Shown here: positions 23,108 through 35,205 of the stretch, in pieces
Numbering within the stretch: position 1 is the stretch's first letter
Layout: every line of letters begins with the position of its first letter
DNA from: Octopus sinensis
Lineage: Eukaryota
Assembly: GCF_006345805.1 (NCBI RefSeq)
Contig: NW_021832530.1
Location: 1 to 41,488, forward strand
DNA length: 41,488 nt
Direction of reading: 5' to 3'
Made by a program: the position numbers and the translations under genes
The notes under the pieces: model-generated
What the model was told of the DNA's origin: nothing
The model's database searches: none
What the model saw: the letters and a program-made list of their open reading frames with translations, nothing else

Positions 23108-26100
23108 TGACAGATCCCGTCTTTTTCCCTTTCTTTTCGTTTCCTTCTCCGTATTTTATTCTCATTATTTCGAACTAATACAGACACAGTAAGCCTTGAA
23201 GAAAGGAAGAGGAGGAAAGGAAAAAAGAAAAAAAAAAAAAAATGTCCGGAGATAAAACTATCAACAAAAAAAATACAGACGAATATAGATCTGCTAGTCT
23301 TAAGAAGCGGCGCTATGAGCAATGCTTACATGTAGTGAACCCTAAACTGACAGATCCATCTCTTAATATAAGAATGGATGCTCGTCATGCTTCAAGGTCA
23401 ACAAATCAAACAATAAACCGCATTGGTCATTGCGCGGATTACAAAAGACCACGTACCCGAAAATTGAACCAAATCCTGATTGAAAAATCAGTTACTGGAT
23501 CAAATCTTCCCAACACACAGGAGCTGGACGAACCCCACAACCGGAATATTCCAACAGATGGCCATCCATGCTCATCACCAAATAATCAAAAGAAAAAGAA
23601 GGAAAAATGGTCTAGGGAAGATAATAAAGAAGTTCTTGAGGCCTTCTACCATGCCATATATTTCCCCACAGATAAGTCTAGCACTGTACAAGCATACTTA
23701 AACTGGAGACAGAAACACCCTGAAGTAAGACCCTACATAGACAGTAACAAGCTTGCCAATGTTAGAAGAAACATTATAAAAAAGAAATTACTGACTGGAA
23801 GTAGAGATTGATCAGGTTAGACAAGCAATATCGGATAAAATGAACGAAGCTGCAGCTAGAGACGATAATACAGAGGAAATGATTATAGACCAGCCCAGGG
23901 CGGATAAAAACGAAGAGAGGTTGAAAGAGTTAGTATAAGTGATAGGCAAAGTGAAATACGCCCTGAACCAATCATAAACACTAAGACAGATGAGCATCAA
24001 ATAGATAAAGAAAGTCACACAAATATTGACCCAACAGAACTACATGAGCTAAAAAATCAAATCATGATTGAATGGCTGAAAATTAAAGAAACCAGCATGG
24101 ATGAGCGTGATACACTTCCTAAAATCCGCAACTCTAACCAAAACATGAAAATAATTGGTAAAATCCGGCTTGCACTTAAGGATATAATTTCAGTTAATGA
24201 TGTTGATATCACAAACCTCAACCACCTATACTATGCATCCGCGAAAATCTCAACGATCCTATGTGGTGTAAAGATTAGAAAACGGCAACAGTCCCACAAA
24301 AAGCCTTCTTGGCAAGAGCGTCTGCAACAACAAATTAAAATATTTAGATCTGACATTGAATATTTGAAAAACCTTAAGGCTCACAAGACTACCAAACCTA
24401 CAAAAACCCAAAAATTACTGAAAAAATACAATATGAAAACTATACTTGATATTGATGCCACCATAGAAACCATCAAACAAAAGGTATCTGCCAAAGCTGC
24501 CCGCATAGCGAGGTATGAAAAGCGTGTTAGATTTTTCAAGGACAACAACATGTTCAAAAATAACACCAAGAATTTTTACAGGAAGATAGGAAAAACAGCG
24601 TTTACTGCAGGGTCTGTACCATCAAAAGAAGAAGTGCAGAGATTTTGGAATAAAATCTGGGCAGAAGAAAAAACACACAACGAAAAGGCCCCCTGGATTG
24701 ACAGAATATCTACAGAACTGGACCCCTTAGAAGAGCAAAAGTGGGAGGGTGTCAAGGTAGAAGATATAAGATCTGCTCTCAGGAGGTCAAGCAAATGGAA
24801 GTCTCCAGGAAAGGATTAAATTCCTAACTTCTGGCTGAATGCCTTCCCAGAGAGCCATGAACTGCTAACAGAACTGTACAATGATGTTTTGCAACACCCT
24901 AGTAGGATGCCTCCTTGGCTAGTTAATGGGTTAACATTCCTGCTTCCAAAAAGTGAAGAAACAAATGAACCAAAAAACTATAGACCCATAACCTGCTTAA
25001 CAACTATGTACAAAACACTAACATCTGTCCTGACGGAATATACCTATAGTTTTTTAACAGACAGCAGCATATTCCCTAATGAACAGAAAGGATGTAAACG
25101 TGGATCCTACGGCTGTAAAGACCAACTACTCATCAATAAGATGATCTTAGAAGATTGTCACAAACGACACAAAAACTTATCAATAGCCTGGATAGACTAT
25201 AAAAAGGCTTTTGATAGCCTACCACATAGCTGGATTAGGAAATGCCTTGAAATGTATAAGATAGCACCAACTCTGCGAAACTTCTTGACTGTAAGTATGA
25301 GATCATGGAGAACCACACTAACTCTGAACAGTGACAGTGAATCCCTAAATGCTGGTGATGTAAAAATTTCGTGTGGCATTTTCCAGGGTGACTCACTGTC
25401 ACCACTCCTCTTTTGTTTATCCTTAATACCTCTCTCAAAGCTGCTCAATGACGCGCAGTACGGGTATAAAATGTTTGATAAAAATATAAATCATCTCGTT
25501 TACATGGATGATTTAAAGCTTTTTGCAAAAAATGATCAACAACTCAAGGGCTTACTAGCGATAGTCAAACAATTCAGTGACGACATCAGAATGCAATTCG
25601 GCCTCGATAAATGTGCAAAGGCTACCTTTATCAAAGGAAAAATGACAGAAACATCTAACGTTAACCTTGACCAACAGAATGTCATAAAAGAACTAGACCC
25701 AGCGGAGAGCTACAAGTACCTAGGGTAATTGAAGGGAACGGAATAAGGCATTCAGAGATGAAGGAAAGGATCAGGAGAGAATGATATCGAAGAGTGAGAG
25801 CAATACTCAAGACAGAGCTGAATGCAAGAAACAGGATCGAAGCAATCAATGCATTAGCTATACCAGTCGTGACTTACAGTTTCAATATTGTTAACTGGTC
25901 AATTACTGAAATATGTCAGCTCGACAGAAAAATAAGGAAAAGTTGACAATGCATAGAATGCACCACCCTAAGGCAGATACAGAACGACTCTATCTGCCAA
26001 GAAAAGAGGGAGGCCGTGGTCTTTTGCAACTGGCAATAACAATGAAGATTGCTACAATTGGCCTAGACACCTACCTGAAAAACTCTGAGGACTGGATGCT

Positions 26101-27280
26101 AAAACTTGTCTCAAAACATGAAAACAAGAAAGCATCATACTCAGTCACAAAACAGGCAAAGGAATATCTAAGTGAATTCCGAATACAACCAATTTCGGAA
26201 TTAGAGATAGATATACAAGAAACAAGCACAGAAAAAGCTAGGCGCATGAAAACCCGTGCCAAAACTGCGGCCTTAGATATTCTGAATATAAATGGCAAGA
26301 AGAAAAACCTCTCTATGGCAAATACCCAAAGAGAGCGAATAATGCAGATATCGACAAAGCCCTGACCCATCAATGGCTAATGGCCTCTGGCTTAAAATCT
26401 GAAACAGAGGGGTTTATCATAGCAGCTCAAGATCAATGCCTACCAACAAGAAACTACCAGGCCAACATATTAAAGATCAGAAGCAGTCCAACGTGTCGTG
26501 TATGCAAGCAACAAAATGAAACCATTGACCATGTGGTCTCCAAGTGCAGTCTTCTAGCGCCTACAGAGTATCTCAACAGGCACGATAGAGCTGCACAATA
26601 TATTCACTGGGTAATCTGTAAAAACCTGGATTTGCCCCATGAAAAAACTGGTGGGAACACAAACCACCCCAGTGCTTGAAAATGACCACATCTCACTCCT
26701 CTGGAACTTCACCATTCAAACTGACAGGAAGATAGATGCAAATAGGCCAGACATCATATTGAAAAACTTCAAACAAAGAACATGCCTCCTCATTGATATG
26801 ACTGTCCCAATCGATATAAACGTATCTGTCAAGACCTACCAAAAACTGAGCAAATATAAAGATCTTGAAATAGAAATCAGCAAAATGTGGAAGCTGAAGA
26901 CTAAAACAATACCTGTTGTCATAGGTGCCCTGGGAATGATAGCAAAAGGGGCTGATAGCTACCTAACTCAGATACCAGGAAACCCCAAAATGGCAGAAGT
27001 TCAAAAGATAGTGCTCATGGGAACTGCTCATATCCTACGCAAAATACTCTCTATGTAATCTCAAGGTTTAAAACAAACATAATTTTCGGTTTAAAAAAAA
27101 AAAAAAAAACCCCTTTTTTTTTTTTCTTTTTAGACATTCATTAGTACAACATCCCCACCCCCCAAATATATGGCACACTAGGCATAACAACAACATGAAC
27201 TTCCAACCCTGTTGTCTCTTGAGGTCTCTGGGTGAGACTTGGAGCCAACTTGTACAAATATAAAGCAAAAGTCAAACATA

Positions 27281-27281
<1 letters not shown>
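23108..27281 (+). mobile_element. Near full-length R4/Dong-clade non-LTR retrotransposon (RT + CCHC + RLE)
   Basis: Preceded by a degenerate (TAA) tract and followed by (AAT)n at 27282-27351; a single broken ORF spans 23242-27058. Confidence 0.9.
23242..27058 (+). pseudogene. Disrupted RT-RLE polyprotein of the R4/Dong-like LINE
   Basis: KWSREDNKEVLEAFY; NYRPITCL; QKGC; WIDYKKAFDSLPH; FQGDSLSPLLF; YMDDLKL; FGLDKCA; YKYLG; RLYLPRKEGGRGLL; CRVC..ETIDHVVSKC; RHD; NRPDII..LLID..P..KYKDL; frameshifts or stops near 23800, 23937, 24817, 25726, 25780, 25910, 26290 and 26650. Confidence 0.92.
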
Positions 27282-27336
<55 letters not shown>

Positions 27337-27351
27337 TAATAATAATAATAA

Positions 27352-28004
27352 TGGAGATGGACAAGAAACAATAAATCATATTATCTCTAGCTGCCCAGTC
27401 CTGGCTAAGAAGGAATATATTCACAGACATGACAGAGTTGGAACCTACATACATTGGAAGCTATGCCAACATATGGAAAACAACAGAAAAAAGATGGTAT
27501 AGGCACACACCAGAAAAGGTCACAGAGAAACGAGAAAGCAACCATACTCTGGGATATGCCGCGAAACACACAGATAGAGAAATTAAGGCCAACAGACCAG
27601 ATATAGTTGTCAGAGATCATGAAGAAAAAAAATGCTTTCTAATTGATGTATCAATACCGGCAGATGACAACGTGTCTCTAAAAGAAATGGAGAAACTCTC
27701 AAAATACAAGACCTGGAAATAGAGGTAACTAGAATGTGGAACCTGAAAACAGAAACAATTCCTATCATAGTAGGTGCATTAGGCATGATAAAAAATATTC
27801 AGACAAATACATAACAAAAACACCAGGACTTACAACACATATAACATACAGAAAATTGCACTACTAGGCACTGCACACATCCTACGAGAAACACTTTCCA
27901 TACAATAACCATCAGAGCATCACAACAAATCACAGCACATACCCAAGGCACACAGAGCTGCGCTGGTAGTGAAGTGAAAGCACGCTATAAAAATAAAACT
28001 ACTG
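27352..28004 (+). mobile_element. R4/Dong-like LINE 3' fragment D1
   Basis: ETINHIISSCPVLAKKEYIHRHDRVG, NRPDIVV..CFLIDVSIP..EKLSKY; (AAT)n on both sides. Confidence 0.88.
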
Positions 28005-28025
28005 AATAATAATAATAATAATAAT

Positions 28026-28664
28026 ATGTGGAGAATATGTGGAGATGGACAAGAAACAATAAATCATATTATCTCTAGCTGCCCAGTCCTGGCTAAGAAG
28101 GAATATATTCACAGACACGACAGAGTTGGGACCTATATACACTGGAAACTATGCCAACATGGTATAGGCACACACCAGAAAAGGTCACAGAAAACGAGAA
28201 AGCAACCATACTCTGGGATATGCCAAAACACACAGATAGAGAAATTAAGGCCAACAGACCAGATATAGTTGTCAGAGATCATGAAGAAAAAAAATGTTTT
28301 CTAATTGATGTATCAATACCAGCGGATGACAACGTGTCTCTAAAAGAAATGGAGAAACTTTCAAAATACAAAGACCTGGAAATAGAGGTAACCAGAGTGG
28401 AATCAAAAACAGAACAATTCCTATCATAGTAGGCGCATTAGGCATGATAAAAAATATTCAGACAAATACATAACAAAATACCAGGACTTACAAACACATA
28501 TAACATACAGAAAATTGCACTACTAGGCACTGCACACATCCTACGCAAAACACTTTCAATACAGTAACCATCAGAGCATCACAACAAATCACAGCACATA
28601 CCCAAGGCACACAGAGCTGCACTCGGTAGTGAAGTGAAAGCACGATATAAAAAATATACTACTG
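28026..28664 (+). mobile_element. R4/Dong-like LINE 3' fragment D2 (near-duplicate of D1)
   Basis: Same motifs; 5' end within about 12 nt of D1's; carries a 23-bp deletion relative to D1. Confidence 0.88.
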
Positions 28665-28680
28665 AATAATAATAATAATA

Positions 28681-29226
28681 GATGCAGTACCAGGCAGTGG
28701 CTCTCATGGCTTCTGATCTTAACTGATTGGAAGTGTTATCATGTACATTGTTTTGTCTTGTTATAAAAGATGGGCTACAGCAAATATTCTGCTCAATACC
28801 ACAGATTTGCTTGTCAGTTGTTTGACCTTAACCAGTTGAGTATGTCCCTTAGTGGCTGACGATATGTGCATCTCTGATCACGAGCAGAAGTAGTGGGGGA
28901 GCATCATAGCCATGTGTTGAGAGGGATTCTTGGGGTTTGAATAATTCACCTCTGGAAACATGGGTGGTTCTTTCAACATCCTTAAACAACCCTTATTCAG
29001 GGACCTTTTGAGCGGGATGGGCTACTCAACCTGAAGAAAATTCTAACTGGGCCCCACCTGCAAGGTCATGTGCTGTTTATCTTGATATAAGATCACCATG
29101 TCGCGCACATATGGTTGTGATGCATGTGCCTGGTGTACCTTTATCAGACGGGTAGTCATGAGGTATATTGGGCTTCGTATATTTTACCCCAGTGTCACTT
29201 TGATGGCATGCACTGCTCTCTCACTC
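28681..29226 (+). mobile_element. Isolated 3'-UTR-type copy of the 19433-20587 family, flanked by (AAT)n
   Basis: Homologous to 20066-20587 over about 520 bp; no ORF and no tRNA head seen. Confidence 0.7.
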
Positions 29227-29274
<48 letters not shown>

Positions 29275-29481
29275 CCTTTCTATCATAGGCACAAGGTCAG
29301 AAATTTGAGGAGGGAACTAGTCGATTACATCGACCCCAGTGTTTCACTAGTACTTATTTTATCGACCCCGAAAGGTCGAAAGGCTGTGTCGGCCTTGATG
29401 GAATTTTAATGCAGAATGTAAAGACGGATGAAATGCTATGAAGCGTTTTGTCCGGCGTGCTAACGATTCTACCAGCTCACT
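29275..29481 (-). mobile_element. OR-like (Meta-like) SINE, diverged
   Basis: gtcgattacatcgaccccagt, tcgaccccgaaagg, cggcgtgctaacgattctaccagctcac. Confidence 0.75.
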
Positions 29482-29655
29482 GCAACAACAACAAAAACAT
29501 CACCAGCACCACCACCACACCACCACCACACCACCACCACACCACCACCACACCACCACCACACCACCACCACCACCACCACCATGACCAACACCACCAG
29601 CACCACCAGCACCACCACCACCAGCACCACCAGCACCAGCACCAGCACCAGCACC

Positions 29656-29686
<31 letters not shown>

Positions 29687-29775
29687 ATAACAACAACAGC
29701 AGCAGCAGCAGCAACAACACCACCACCACCACCACCAACACCACCACCACCACCACCACCAACACCACCACCACC

Positions 29776-29807
<32 letters not shown>

Positions 29808-29808
29808 C
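29482..29808. repeat. Compound (CAC/CAG/CAT/CAA)n tract
   Basis: Directly visible. Confidence 0.95.
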
Positions 29809-30321
29809 AGTCTTATCTACTTAGAAGCAGCGGGGTAAGAACAAATGATGCAATTAGAATTCTGCTATAAAACCTCCACTATAGGAATGAACAGGTACTT
29901 AAGTAGCAGAGAGGATTGGATGCTGCGGCTTCTGTGCAAACACGAAAGCAGCAAAAAGACGCATTATATTGTCAAGGAAGCTTGTAAATTCGCTAGGGAA
30001 TTTGACGTTAATCCTGAATTAGACGAAGAACCTGAAACAGCTACTATGAAGCAAGCAAGCAAAACGAATCAAGCAAACCGCTAAAAAGAACGGGCAGAAG
30101 TAAAATGAGGAGGGACAGAGCCCAGAAGCCCTTGCATGGACAGTAGATTGTTCAGTGTCAAAATGCTGATGGAGACCAAGCAACGATCCATCAGTGGTTG
30201 AGGAGTTCATGATAGAAAGCAGGAACTGAAGGCTTCATATTGGCAGCACAAGATAAAAGCTTATTTACCAGAAATTACCAGGCTATTCTTCAGACCGGTA
30301 CTGACCTTAAACGTAGATTCT

Positions 30322-30737
30322 TATTTCTTTATTGCCAACAAGGGGCTAAACATAGAGAGGACAAACAAGGACAGACAAACGGATTAAGTCGATTACATCG
30401 ACCTCAGTGCGTAACTGGTACTTATTTAATCGACACTGAAATGATGAAAGGCAAAGTCGACCTCGGCGGAATTTGAACTCAGAACGTAACGGCAGACGAA
30501 ATACCTATTTCTTTACTACCCACAAGGGGTTAAACATAGAAGGGACAAACAAGGACAGACGTAGGTATTAAGTCGATTACATCGACCCCAGTACGTAACT
30601 GGTACTTAATTTATTGACCCCGAAAGGATGAAAGGCAAAGTCGACCTCGGCGGAAATCGAACTCACAACGTAACGACAGACGAAATACGGCTACGTATTT
30701 CGCCCGGCGTGCTAACGTTTCTGCCAGCTCGCCGCCT
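30322..30737 (-). mobile_element. OR-like SINE with two tandem bodies and 10-bp TSD
   Basis: 184-bp period (30322 / 30506); TSD cgtagattct at 30312-30321 and 30741-30750. Confidence 0.9.
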
Positions 30738-31060
30738 AATCGTAGATTCTGTAACACATTTGACGAAATGATAGACTATTTTGTTTCGGTATGTCCTGTG
30801 CTGACACCAAATGAATATAAAAATCGTCGTGATAGGGTAGGACAGAATTTACATTGGAAAATATGTAACCACTACAAAATCGACATGCTGATATTAACTG
30901 ATATTAACGCTCTCCTGAGCCAGCGGTTGTAGGTAAAATGTCACAATCCTCTGGGATTTTCCAGTCAACACCGACAAACAATCCAGGGTAATCTACTAGA
31001 CATATATATATTAAAGACACGGAAGAAAATCTTTTATAGACTAATATTTGTAGACTAATA

Positions 31061-31477
31061 GGCGCAGGAGTGGCTGTGTGGTAAGTAGCTTGTTTACCAA
31101 CCACATGGTTCCGGGTTCAGTCCCACTGCGTGGCACCTTGGGCAAGTGTCTTCTGCTATAGCCTCGGGCCGACCAAAGCCTTGTAAGTGGATTTGGTAGA
31201 CGGAAACTGAAAGAAGCCCGTCGTATATATGTATATATATATATATGTGTGTATGTTTGTGTGTCTGTATTTGTACCCCTAGCATTGCTTGACAACCGAT
31301 GCTGGTGTGTTTACGTCCCCGTTACTTAGCGGTTCGGCAAAAGAGACCGATAGAATAAGTATTGGGCTTACAAAAGAATAAGTCCCGGGGTCGATTTGCT
31401 CGATTAAAGGCGGTGCTCCAGCATGGCCGCAGTCAAATGACTGAAACAAGTGAAAGAGTAAAAGAGTAAAAAGAGTA
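31061..31477 (+). mobile_element. CORE-like tRNA-derived SINE, full length
   Basis: tRNA-like head ggcgcaggagtggctgtgtggtaag...gggttcagtccc; CORE-like ccttgggcaagtgtc; internal TA/TG tract; (aagagta)n tail. Confidence 0.88.
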
Positions 31478-31605
31478 ATAAATGTAAAATGTCCTCACTG
31501 ATAAAAAATATATCTGTAAAAGAAGTTTAGTGAATGTAAGGACTTGGAGATTGAAATACAAAAATGTGACATCTTAAAGCAAAAATTGTTCCTATTGTTG
31601 TAGGT

Positions 31606-31980
31606 GTGTGGATGGAAGCACTCCGTCGGTTACGACGACGAGGGTTCCGGTTGATCCGATCAACGGAACAGCCTGCTCGTGAAATTAACGTGTAAGTGGC
31701 TGAGCACTCCACAGACACGTGTACCCTTAACGTAGTTCTCGGGATATTCAGCGTGACACAGAGAGTGACAAGGCCGGCCCTTGAAATACAGGTACAACAG
31801 AAACAGGAAGTAAGAGTGAGAGAAAGTTGTGGTGAAAGAGTACAGCAGGGATCACCACCATCCCCTGCCGGAGCCTCGTGGAGCTTTAGGTGTTTTCGCT
31901 CAATAAACACTCACAACGCCCGGTCTGGGAATCGAAACCGCGATCCTACGACCGCGAGTCCGCTGCCCTAACCACTGGGT
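31606..31980 (-). mobile_element. Third tRNA-derived SINE family
   Basis: Minus strand begins acccagtggttagggcagcggactcgcggtcgtaggatcgcggtttcgattcccagacc (A- and B-box-like); inserted in the LINE VVG/ALG codons. Confidence 0.8.
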
Positions 31981-32243
31981 AAGATAATAAAAGAGATGTC
32001 AGAAACATCTACACAACATCCCAGTGGTACCATCTCTGAAAGAAATTCAAGATTGTGTTGACAAGTGCCGCCGAGATTTTTGAAAAACATTACCAATTTA
32101 AATGTTTGAGTTGTATGATATGAATGTATTTCTGTACTGCCTTCTCCACTTTCCCTCCTCGAAGCTTCAATTTATATTTCAACTTCTCTTGACCTTCACT
32201 TGCCCTAGGGCGTTGGGTGTGTCCCGATAAGTGATTGAATCAG

Positions 32244-32581
32244 ACCCCAGTGCGTAACTGGTACTTAATTTATCGACCCCGAAAGGATGAAAGGCAAAGT
32301 CGACCTCGGCGGAATTTGAACTCACAACGTAACGGCAGACGAACTACCCATTTCTTAACTACCCACAAGGGGCTAAACACAGAGAGGACAAACAAGGATA
32401 GACAAAGGGATTAATTCGATTACATCGACCCCAGTGCGTAACTGGTACTTATTTAATCGACTCCGAAAGGATGAAAGGCAAAGTCGACCTCGGCAGAATT
32501 TGAACTCAGAACGTAACGGCAGACAAAATACAGCTACGCATTTCGCCCAGCGTGCTAACGTTTCTGCCAGCTCACCGCCTT
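32244..32581 (-). mobile_element. OR-like SINE with about 1.5 tandem bodies
   Basis: Same body and head as 11352-11950, on the minus strand. Confidence 0.88.
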
Positions 32582-32608
32582 ACGACGATTCTGCAAGCTC
32601 ACCACCTT

Positions 32609-32694
<86 letters not shown>

Positions 32695-32958
32695 CAAACA
32701 AATACTTGCTTCTCTTTCTGAAAATGCTTAATTCTCATGTTCCTGCGTACCAGTTCCAGCATAATTGTTTTCCATTTGTACCATGGTGATTCCCGTTGGA
32801 ATTTTCTTATACGAAATTCAGGATAAAGGATTTAACAAACACATCACGAGTGACATTGTAAAATGCTATTTTGTAATCTACCCCTGCTGTTTGGTAAATT
32901 CATTATATTTTTATTTCATTTCAACTGTTTTTTTTTATAAATCATCCATCACTAAAGG

Positions 32959-33297
32959 GTAATAGGTAAAGACCCCTTTCGGTCATGAATGACCATGCGA
33001 TTGCATCTAGAAAGTGCCCCTCATAGGCACAAGTCCGGGCAAGTTTGTTTATGGAAGACCATCAGTCGGCCATGCATACCACCCTACCCTCTTCACGCCA
33101 CCGATGTCTAAGGGAAAGACAAAGACTGATGCAGCTTGGCACCAGTGATTCCACAACTCATTTCTACTGATCAATGAACTGGAGCAGCGTGATATAAAGT
33201 GTCTTGCTCAAGAACACAACACGCAGCCCGGTGCGAGAACCGAACTCTCTACCTCATGATTGTGAGCCCGACGCTCTAACCACTGAGCCATGCGCCT
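32959..33297 (-). mobile_element. Fourth tRNA-derived SINE family
   Basis: Minus strand ggcgcatggctcagtggttagagcgtcgggctcacaatcatgaggtagagagttcggttc then ttcttgagcaagacact; 3' hairpin ggtcattcatgacc. Confidence 0.8.
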
Positions 33298-33332
33298 TAA
33301 CCACCTTATTGATTCTCACTCATTCCTTGCAG

Positions 33333-33359
33333 ACATACAGCTGACTGGAACGGAGTTAT
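33333..33359 (+). CDS. Candidate 27-nt symmetric micro-exon
   Basis: ctcactcattccttgcAG|ACATACAGCTGACTGGAACGGAGTTAT|GTAAGT; two frames open (IQLTGTEL or HTADWNGV); could be chance. Confidence 0.25.
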
Positions 33360-33712
33360 GTAAGTTGTTGGTGTTACAATGAAGGGCATGGGATATTTCG
33401 GTATGAGTGTCGTGTTATTTACTGCGTGATGATTTTTATCTCATTTCAATATCAATATCTCTGTTTTTTTTTTTTTGTTAAGTTCCCCGTCACTTTACAG
33501 GTAATGTTTTGATTAAGAGTGAGTCGAGATGCCCTTTTGATTGCTACACCTGGACGGTTTTTCCGCCAATCTTCTCAGCGTGGTTTGGCATGTCCCAAAT
33601 GACTTTAAGCCAAATTGCTGCCATTGACATGTTTCGCTACATGCTTATATCAATCCTTTAATATTTCACGTCTAAGTGTCGTAGTATCTCCCAATAGGAC
33701 ATAGCAGTCGAC

Positions 33713-34074
33713 TTGATCGTGTCAGAGAGTATCCTCCTCCTGTCTTCTTCTTCTTCTTCTTCTTCTTCTTCTTCTTCTTCTTCTTCTTCTTCTTCTTCTT
33801 CTTCTTTTCTTCCTCCTCCTACTTTTTCTCCACAACTACCACCACCACTACCACAACCACAACCCTCCTCCTGCTTCCCGTTCTTTTTCTCCTCCTCCCC
33901 CTCCTCCTCCTTCTCCTCCTCCTCCTCCCCCTGTCTTCATTTCTTCATTTTTCTTCTTTTCTTCCTTCTCCTACCATTTCTCCACCACCACCACCACCAC
34001 CACCGCCACCACCACCACCCTTCTGCTTCCCGTCATTTTTCTCCTCCTCATGATGATGATGATGATGATGTCAA

Positions 34075-34108
<34 letters not shown>

Positions 34109-34140
34109 GTCATCATCATCATCGTCATCAACGTGTTTAT
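33713..34140. repeat. Compound (TTC)(CTC)(CAC)(GAT)(CAT) tract
   Basis: Directly visible. Confidence 0.9.
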
Positions 34141-34583
34141 CATTTGTGTTTGTGTTTGTGTTTGTCATTTCTGACTTCAGATTTTGTTCAATATTTAATA
34201 AGCCAAGCCTTTGCACCGAGAAACTTTTAACCAGTTCTTCGAGCGGGGCGGGTGGAGATGTTTATCATCCATGATCTACTGGCTCTTAAATGTCAAATCT
34301 TGAGACGGGTGTACTGACGCTACTACCGCCACCAGCAACAATAACGACAACGGCAATCTGATGCGTACCCCGTTCGACAGAGATACATCTCGCTCTAGAA
34401 CCACAAGCGTAACCCTATTAAGTATTGGTTATTAAACCGCAGCATACATATTTGTTTCTCTATCTGAAATATCTGTGTCTTTAACGACCAACGTCTCTGT
34501 AAGATAACTAGATACAGCAAGGAAGACAACTCCAACCTGAAACACCTAGATATAAATGGCAGCCTAATAATGCTTGTTGTAGC

Positions 34584-34616
<33 letters not shown>

Positions 34617-34794
34617 CACCATCATCATCATCATTATTGTTGTTGTTGTTGTTGTTGTTATGTAAGGCGGCGAGCACAACAGCTGTAACATGTAAACAAG
34701 GAAAAGAACAACTGCCAGACACCACACCTATCACTACCACCACCACCACCACCACCACCACTAACACACCCTCCACCACCGTCGCCTGCACCAC

Positions 34795-35205
34795 CTCCGC
34801 CGCCTCCGCCGCCTCCGCCGCCTCCGCCGCCTCCGCCGCCTCCGCCGCCTCCGCCGCCTTCGCCGCCTCCGCCGCCTCCGCCGCCTCCGCCGCCTCCGCC
34901 GCCTCCGCCGCCTCCGCCGCCTCCGCCGCCTCCGCCGCCTCCGCCTTCGCCGCCTCCGCCTTCGCCGCCTCCGCCGCTGCCGCCTCCGCCTTCGCCGCCT
35001 TCGCCGCCTTCGCCGCCTTCGCCGCCTTCGCCGCCTTCGCCGCCTTCGCCGCCTTCGCCGCCTTCGCCGCCTCCGCCTTCGCCGCCTCCGCCTTCGCCGC
35101 CTCCGCCTTCGCCGCATCCGCCTTCGCCGCCTCCGCCTTCGCCGCCTCCGCCTTCGCTGCATCCGCCTTCGCCGCCTCTGCCTTCGCCGCCTCTGCCTTA
35201 GCCGC
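34795..35205. repeat. GC-rich minisatellite of 9-bp (CCTCCGCCG / CCTTCGCCG) and 15-bp (CCTCCGCCTTCGCCG) units
   Basis: Directly visible; all unit lengths are multiples of 3. Confidence 0.95.

Larger units (their letters stand above)
29808..32240 (+). mobile_element. R4/Dong-like LINE 3' fragment (same subfamily as 20612-22118) interrupted by three SINEs
   Basis: 29810-30321, 30741-31060, 31478-31605 and 31981-32240 are colinear with 20715-22090; shared 3' UTR motif cttcact.gccctagg.cg.tgggtgtgtc. Confidence 0.8.

Noticed and set aside
23108-23241. HDV-like ribozyme at the LINE 5' end (known for some R2/R4 elements)
   Set aside because: Only pyrimidine/purine tract complementarity seen; I could not build the nested double pseudoknot by eye
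31920-31980. tRNA-like sequences in SINE heads (also 31061, 33240-33297, 11352)
   Set aside because: No complete cloverleaf; each continues into a SINE body
34395-34560. Minus-strand segment VGVVFLAVSSYLTETLVVKDTDISDRETNMYAAV* as a terminal exon
   Set aside because: Short, no homology recognised, weak acceptor next to simple repeats
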